From Bacteroidota bacterium (GTDB lineage Bacteria; Bacteroidota; Bacteroidia; Bacteroidales; GCA-2748055), in assembly GCA_049325415.1 (NCBI GenBank), contig JBMOLL010000072.1:4689-68688 (forward strand): 64,000 bases of DNA, given 5' to 3'. This document shows, one piece after another, positions 58,684 to 64,000 of this stretch. The notes under the pieces were generated by a model, which worked only from the letters and a program-made list of their open reading frames with translations, did no database searches and was not told where the DNA came from. Made by a program: the position numbers and the translations under genes. Each line of letters begins with the position of its first letter. The first letter of the stretch is position 1.

Positions 58684-59835
58684 ATGAAACAGACCCTTTT
58701 TATTATAGTCCTCCTCCTGCTGGTTTCCTGCTCGCAGAAAAAGAATACCGTCATTTCAGGTAAACTGGAAGGCGGAGCCGGATCCATGCTTTACCTGGAA
58801 CAGTTGAACGTGAACCAGACCAGGCCGGTAGACTCGGTAAAAGTTAAGAAAGACGACAGCTTTCGTATGAAGATCGAAGTTACGGACCCGGAGCTTTACG
58901 TCCTGAAAAATAACACGGGAAAAATTATCTCCCTGCTGCCCATGCCGGGTGAAACCGTTGCCGTAACCACCACTTCGGGGAACTTTGGCAAACCATACCA
59001 GGTAAGCGGGTCCCCGGAAAGCGAAAAGATCCTGCTGCTGGTGAACCGGCTCAACCGCACCCGCACCCTCCTCGACTCCATCGGCCAGGTCCTCCTGTCG
59101 CTTCCCGATCAGGATAACGACGAATCGCTTGCTCTGAAAAAAGCCTATATAGAAGCGCGCAACGATCAGAAACGTTTCACGATCCGCTTTCTCCTGGAGA
59201 ATATTTCCAGCCCCTCCAGCGTGTTTGCCCTTTACCAGAAATTTTCCCGGGACGAATACGTCCTCAACGACAACCATGATCTGCAGTACCTGATCATCGT
59301 TTCTGATTCTCTTTCTTCCCATTATCCCAACTCGACCCTTACCCTCTCCCTGGCTGAGGATGTGCGCCGTCAGAAAGATGCCTACAACCAGATGGTGAAG
59401 CTCGGCGACCTGGTGGGGAAAGCCAACATGTCGGGCTCGCTCGATCTGGCCATTCCCGATACGGAAGGCGATACCGTCAGGCTCCACAAGCTTATCGGAA
59501 AAGTCGTGCTTGTATCCTTCTGGGCCTCCTGGGATAAAAACAGCACCGACGCCAACCTGACTCTTAAAAACACCTGGAAAAAATACAGCCGGAAAGGTTT
59601 TGAGGTTTACTCCGTTTCACTGGATAACAGCCGGGAACAATGGCTCAACAGGGTCCGCTTCGAGCAGTATCCCTGGATCAATGTCTGTGAACTGAGCTAC
59701 CCCGATTCCTATGCAAAAATGATCTACAATGTCCAGCAACTGCCGACCTCTTTCCTGATCGATCGGGAAGGAAATATCATTGCACGTAACCTTTACGGCA
59801 AAGAACTGGAAAAATGGCTTGATAACATTTTATAA
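58684..59835 (+). CDS. TlpA/AhpC-TSA-fold lipoprotein lacking CxxC
   Basis: Lipobox LVSC; GKVVLVSFWASWDKNS, VYSVSLD, LPTSFLIDREGNI. Confidence 0.85.
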   Translation: MKQTLFIIVLLLLVSCSQKKNTVISGKLEGGAGSMLYLEQLNVNQTRPVDSVKVKKDDSFRMKIEVTDPELYVLKNNTGKIISLLPMPGETVAVTTTSGNFGKPYQVSGSPESEKILLLVNRLNRTRTLLDSIGQVLLSLPDQDNDESLALKKAYIEARNDQKRFTIRFLLENISSPSSVFALYQKFSRDEYVLNDNHDLQYLIIVSDSLSSHYPNSTLTLSLAEDVRRQKDAYNQMVKLGDLVGKANMSGSLDLAIPDTEGDTVRLHKLIGKVVLVSFWASWDKNSTDANLTLKNTWKKYSRKGFEVYSVSLDNSREQWLNRVRFEQYPWINVCELSYPDSYAKMIYNVQQLPTSFLIDREGNIIARNLYGKELEKWLDNIL

Positions 59836-59842
59836 CTCCCGG

Positions 59843-60637
59843 ATGACTGAACCCGGCAAAAAAATCCGTTTCGCCTCCGATCTGCACCTCGGAATGCATC
59901 CGAAGGAAAAGAGCCGTGAAAGGGAACGTGCCGTGACAGAATGGCTGGACGAGATCAAAAACGATACTTCCCAGCTCTGGCTGGTTGGCGATATCTTCGA
60001 CTACTGGTTCGAATACCGCCGGGTGGTGCCCCGCGGATTTATCCGTTTCCTTGGGAAACTGGCCGAACTGAGCGATATGGGCATCGAGATCCATATCTTC
60101 ACAGGCAACCACGATGTCTGGTACTTCGGATATCTTCCGGATGAGATCGGGGCCATAATCCACCGCGAACCGGTTATTCTTGAGCTGGGCAGCAAGACCT
60201 TCCTGATCGGCCATGGCGACGGCCTCACCTGGCAGGACAAAGGCTACCTTTTTATCAAGTGGATGTTCAAAAACCGCTTCCTGCAATGGTGCTACGCCCG
60301 CATCCACCCGAACGGTTCTGCCGGTTTTGCCCACTGGTGGTCACGCAGGAGCCGCTACAGCAAAGGGTTCTGCACACCCTGGCAGGGCGTTGAAAAGGAA
60401 GAACAGATAATCTTTTCGGAGAAGATCAGCAAAGAAAACCCGGACATCGATTATTTCATCTACGGCCATCGGCATATTCCCTATGTTTATACCCTTTCCT
60501 CCGGCAGCAGGGTATTCGGTCTCGGCGACTGGATCGTGAATTTCACTTACGGGGAGTTCGACGGGGAGGAAATGAAGCTGAAAAAGCGCTTTGAGGAGAA
60601 GGGGGAGATTGTGACGTTTTTTGCTGAAGCAGAGTAG
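59843..60637 (+). CDS. lpxH: UDP-2,3-diacylglucosamine diphosphatase (metallophosphoesterase)
   Basis: SDLHLG, GDIFDYW, GNHD, HGD, GHRH, LGDW; start placed at MTEPGK. Confidence 0.85.
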   Translation: MTEPGKKIRFASDLHLGMHPKEKSRERERAVTEWLDEIKNDTSQLWLVGDIFDYWFEYRRVVPRGFIRFLGKLAELSDMGIEIHIFTGNHDVWYFGYLPDEIGAIIHREPVILELGSKTFLIGHGDGLTWQDKGYLFIKWMFKNRFLQWCYARIHPNGSAGFAHWWSRRSRYSKGFCTPWQGVEKEEQIIFSEKISKENPDIDYFIYGHRHIPYVYTLSSGSRVFGLGDWIVNFTYGEFDGEEMKLKKRFEEKGEIVTFFAEAE

Positions 60638-60737
60638 AAGTGACGGGGGATGAGTGACTGGTAACAGAAAGGAAATTCCAGCCGGTAAAAACTATCACTG
60701 TACAGCCCCTCAAATGTCAAAAAATTTCATCACTGTT

Positions 60738-60960
60738 TTAAAATCCAAAATATATCCCGGCATTCAGATGACTACGGTTGCCAAAACCTCCTTCACAGAA
60801 TAAACCGGATCGGATAGTGAAGTTGAAAGCAACACCGCCATATAAACCATAATCCGGCATCCATCCATCCTGCCGTTCGAAAATTTCCGGATAATTCTCA
60901 TAATTGCCGCCCAATCTGCCTTTCAAATAAAAGTCGAAACGCTGAAATGGTGCATCCGAT
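60738..60960 (-). pseudogene. 3' remnant of an outer-membrane beta-barrel gene
   Basis: ..RFDFYLKGRLGGNY..DYGLYGGVAFNF..GLFCEGGFG..LNAGIYFGF*: alternating beta-strand pattern and a terminal Phe, but no signal peptide or plausible start. Confidence 0.45.
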
Positions 60961-61013
60961 AAATTGGATATGAGAACCCTGGAAGTGTTTATCCTTCGGC
61001 TACGGGAGAACCA

Positions 61014-61044
61014 AACAAAAAGGGCAGGAAAAAACCCTGCCCTT
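61014..61044 (-). terminator. Intrinsic terminator after hppA
   Basis: AAGGGCAGG/CCTGCCCTT stem followed by a T-rich tail on the minus strand. Confidence 0.85.
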
Positions 61045-61066
61045 TGATTAAGATCTTATTTCACTA

Positions 61067-63352
61067 TTAAAAAATACTGAAAGCCACTGTCAGACCGGCC
61101 ATAACAACCGATACCATGGTCATCAGTTTGATAAGGATGTTCAGTGAAGGACCGGAAGTATCCTTGAAGGGATCGCCAACGGTGTCACCGACAACAGCAG
61201 CCTTATGGGAGCTGGAGCCTTTTCCGCCGTAGTTTCCTTTTTCAATGTATTTCTTGGCATTGTCCCATGCACCACCGGCGTTGTTCATGAAAACAGCCAG
61301 AGTGAAGCCTGCGGTCAGACCACCAACGAGCAAACCAACCACACCGGGAACACCGAGGATCACTCCAATAGTAACCGGAACGATGATGGCAAGCAACGAG
61401 GGAACCAGCATTTCTTTCTGAGCACCCTTCGTGGAAATGGCCACACACTTGGCGTAGTCGGGTTTCCCGGTTCCTTCCATGATCCCGGGGATCTCTTTGA
61501 ACTGCCTGCGCACTTCATCCACCATGGAACCTGCTGCACGTCCTACGGCTTTCATAGTCATGGACGAGAACAGGAAGGCCATCATGGCACCGATGAAGAT
61601 ACCACCGAGAAGCAGTGGGTTAAAGAGGGAAAGGTCATAAGCTGCAACAAAATCTGTAATGGTGGCATCGCCCAGTTTAACGGCATGCTGACCCTGTTCA
61701 ACAACCGGAGCAACATCTTTGTAGAAAAGTGTATCACCGATCTGTTTGAAACCTTCCACGCTTTTATCGGCCATTTTTCCGAGCCAGAGTTTAACCTCTT
61801 CCATGTAAGCAGCCAGAAGTGCCATGGCCGTCAGAGCAGCCGAACCGATGGCAAAGCCTTTACCGGTGGCAGCAGTGGTGTTTCCAAGCATATCCAGTGC
61901 GTCGGTACGTTCCCTTACTTCCTTGGGAAGTTCGGCCATTTCGGCGTTACCACCGGCATTGTCGGCAATGGGTCCGAAAGCATCGGTGGCCAGGGTGATC
62001 CCCAGTGTGGAAAGCATCCCTACAGCGGCAAAACCTATCCCATAGACACCCATGGAGAAGTTATGGAAACCGCCGGCAAAACCATAAGCGGCAATAATAC
62101 CTATCACAATCGTTACCACAGGCAGCCAGGTGGAACCCATACCCACAGCCACGCCGTCAATAATGGTGGTAGCAGGGCCCTGTTTGGTCTGACCGGCAAT
62201 ACCTTTGGTGGGTTTATATTCGTCGGAAGTAAAATATTCGGTAGCCTGGCCGATAATCACACCGGCAGCAAGACCGGCAACCACGGAACCAAATACACCC
62301 CAGGTCACCCAGCCGATAGCGGCAAGAACAGCCATGGCACCAAGGATAAGCACCGAGCTGCCGCCCGTTCCGAGGAAGAGCGCATTGAGCAGGTTCTTCT
62401 GCGTGGCCGATTCCTTGGTACGCACCATGAAAATCCCGACGATGGAGAGTATGATTCCCACTGCGGCAACGATCATCGGGGAAATAACCGCCTGCATCTG
62501 ATCCATGCCTGCAGTCGCAGGAAGAGCTGCACCAAGTGCTGCAGTGGCCAGGATCGATCCGGCATACGATTCGTAAAGGTCGGCACCCATACCGGCTACA
62601 TCACCTACGTTGTCGCCAACGTTATCGGCAATAGTAGCAGGGTTACGCGGGTCGTCTTCGGGAATACCGGCTTCTACTTTACCAACGAGGTCGGCACCAA
62701 CGTCGGCGGCTTTGGTGAAAATACCACCGCCAACACGTGCAAAGAGAGCCTGTGTTGAAGCACCCATACCGAAAGTCAGCATAGTAGCGGTAATCTCAAT
62801 AAGTTTCTGCTGTTCGCTGGTTCCCGGGTGAACGAAGGTCAGACCGAGGAAATGCAGACCGTTCTGCATGTGCTCCGGGGTGAAAATCGCACCGTTCAGC
62901 AGCCAGAACCAGAGGGCGATATCGAGCAGACCGAAGCCCACCACAACAAGACCCATCACGGCCCCACTACGAAAAGCTACCTGCAGACCTTTGTTCAGGG
63001 AAGTGGAAGCACCCCAGGCTGTACGGGCTGAAGCATTGGTTGCCGTACGCATTCCAAGATAACCGCAGAGACCGGAAAAGAAACCTCCCGTAAGGAAAGC
63101 TACCGGCACGAACGGGTTCTGTACACCCAGGTAAGCAAGGACAGCCAGCAATACAACCAGCACAAGAAAAACTTTTAATACCACACCATATTGCCTTCTC
63201 AGGTACGCCATGGCACCTTCGCGCACATACTGTGCAATCTCTTTCATCTTATCGGTCCCTTCGGGCTGCTTCATCAGATTCTTGTAGAAGATGAAGGCGA
63301 ATACGAGGGCCAATAACGCTGCACCAATCAGAATTAGAATAATTCCACTCAT
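61067..63352 (-). CDS. hppA: Membrane-integral, K+-dependent Na+(/H+)-translocating pyrophosphatase
   Basis: [57 protein letters not shown]. Confidence 0.97.
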   Translation of the reverse strand: MSGIILILIGAALLALVFAFIFYKNLMKQPEGTDKMKEIAQYVREGAMAYLRRQYGVVLKVFLVLVVLLAVLAYLGVQNPFVPVAFLTGGFFSGLCGYLGMRTATNASARTAWGASTSLNKGLQVAFRSGAVMGLVVVGFGLLDIALWFWLLNGAIFTPEHMQNGLHFLGLTFVHPGTSEQQKLIEITATMLTFGMGASTQALFARVGGGIFTKAADVGADLVGKVEAGIPEDDPRNPATIADNVGDNVGDVAGMGADLYESYAGSILATAALGAALPATAGMDQMQAVISPMIVAAVGIILSIVGIFMVRTKESATQKNLLNALFLGTGGSSVLILGAMAVLAAIGWVTWGVFGSVVAGLAAGVIIGQATEYFTSDEYKPTKGIAGQTKQGPATTIIDGVAVGMGSTWLPVVTIVIGIIAAYGFAGGFHNFSMGVYGIGFAAVGMLSTLGITLATDAFGPIADNAGGNAEMAELPKEVRERTDALDMLGNTTAATGKGFAIGSAALTAMALLAAYMEEVKLWLGKMADKSVEGFKQIGDTLFYKDVAPVVEQGQHAVKLGDATITDFVAAYDLSLFNPLLLGGIFIGAMMAFLFSSMTMKAVGRAAGSMVDEVRRQFKEIPGIMEGTGKPDYAKCVAISTKGAQKEMLVPSLLAIIVPVTIGVILGVPGVVGLLVGGLTAGFTLAVFMNNAGGAWDNAKKYIEKGNYGGKGSSSHKAAVVGDTVGDPFKDTSGPSLNILIKLMTMVSVVMAGLTVAFSIF

Positions 63353-63524
63353 AATCGATAATTTAGTTAAGGTTAATATGATTACTACTGATTCTCTTCA
63401 GAAAAGGAATTCCGTTCGGAATAGTATAGATGACCAGTTTTCCCACTGCCGGTTTTTCGAAGCGGTAAATATAGTCAATTTGTGTTTAAAACGGTTATAA
63501 ATTGATGCTATAAAACATAGGGAA

Positions 63525-63650
63525 GGATAAGGATAAGGTTGAGATTGAGGTTGAGGCTGAGGCTGAGATTGAGGCTGAGGCTAAGGCTGAGGTTAAGGCT
63601 GAGGCTGAGATTGAGATTGAGGCTGAGGCTAAGGCTGAGGCAGAGGTTGA
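63525..63650 (+). repeat. Degenerate hexamer tandem array, 21 units (GGCTGA/GATTGA/GGTTGA/GGATAA)
   Basis: Counted by hand: 126 bp = 21 x 6 with unbroken periodicity. Confidence 0.95.
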
Positions 63651-63663
63651 AAAAAACCAACAA

Positions 63664-63755
63664 TTATTCTCATCCTCATTCTTATCCTTTTTCTTATTCT
63701 TATCCTTATTCTTATCCTTATTCTCAACCTTATTCTCAACCTCACCTCCTTATCC
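63664..63755 (-). repeat. Degenerate hexamer tandem array in inverted orientation, about 14-15 units (GGATAA/GAATAA/GGTTGA on the minus strand)
   Basis: Plus-strand TTATTC/TTATCC/TCAACC units are reverse complements of the first array's unit type. Confidence 0.9.
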
Positions 63756-64000
63756 TTTCAATGACTTGATTATTTTGTTTAGTTCAAGAATTAATTCACC
63801 GTACCTGTTCATAAGGTTGCTGGTTGTTTTTTCATCAAAATACTTGACTTTGAATCCGTAAATAAGATGATTTTGAGTCTCATAGGCTGAACCTCGTCCA
63901 ATTATATAAAAATTTGCCTTGTCTTTATTCGTGCTTCTTCCAAAAGCTTCAGCAATATTTCCGGGAATACCGTTAGAAGATCTTCTTATCTGTGAAGTCA
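63750..64000 (-). CDS. Four-helix-bundle protein (23S rRNA IVP / TIGR02436, Avd-like), C-terminal part (runs off the right edge)
   Basis: Not in the ORF track; translated by hand: TSQIRRSSNGIPGNIAEAFGRSTNKDKANFYIIGRGSAYETQNHL...LNKIIKSLKG*, which fits the SQ.RR...NIAE..R...RGS..E family pattern. Confidence 0.88.
   Translation of the reverse strand, partial: TSQIRRSSNGIPGNIAEAFGRSTNKDKANFYIIGRGSAYETQNHLIYGFKVKYFDEKTTSNLMNRYGELILELNKIIKSLKG

Noticed and set aside
58303-59544. Selenocysteine or recoding as an explanation for the missing Cys in the TlpA-like pair
   Set aside because: The codons are AGC/TCA and GAT/AGC; there is no in-frame TGA.
61205-62758. 517-aa plus-strand ORF
   Set aside because: Antisense shadow of hppA, explained by codon bias; no recognisable motifs.
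63525-63755. Possible CRISPR array or DGR
   Set aside because: Units are 6 bp with no spacers; no cas genes, reverse transcriptase or TR/VR pair is visible in the window.
63539-63769. 76-aa ORF MRLRLRLRL...YSYPYSYP
   Set aside because: It is only the stop-free frame of the hexamer arrays; TTG start, and it overlaps the four-helix-bundle gene antisense.

Overview
Chromosomal segment of a Bacteroidota (probably Bacteroidales) bacterium. The assignment rests on many TAnnTTTG -7 promoter boxes, signal peptides cleaved before Gln, porQ and a 6S-Flavo-like RNA. Positions 1-12.1 kb hold an accessory carbohydrate locus that looks like a phosphorolytic beta-1,2-glucan (sophorooligosaccharide) pathway: a GH94 SOGP-like phosphorylase (partial), a cytoplasmic GH35, a GPH/MFS symporter with a ~200-aa insertion, a secreted CBM/discoidin/(alpha/alpha)6 hydrolase, an orphan histidine kinase and a DUF5060 hydrolase. 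Next is a 6S-like RNA plus tRNA-Pro(CGG) unit with a nested palindromic trailer. Housekeeping genes follow (rfaE-like kinase, priA, pfkA, ispH, cmk, porQ, clpX, clpP, tig, tRNA-Leu, lptB, tatC, recQ, ABC transporters, nupC-like, rplU, rpmA, serS, ruvC, HIT, greA, ahcY, ribF). The right part has a glycogen cluster (glgB, GT3-GT35 fusion, GH57, GT4, GH133), two cysteine-less TlpA-like lipoproteins, lpxH and a Na+/H+ pyrophosphatase. The right edge has an AT-rich four-helix-bundle (23S-IVP/Avd-like) gene whose stop codon is the first unit of two inverted hexamer arrays. No CRISPR array, integrase or transposase was seen. All family calls come from motif recognition by eye, without database searches.
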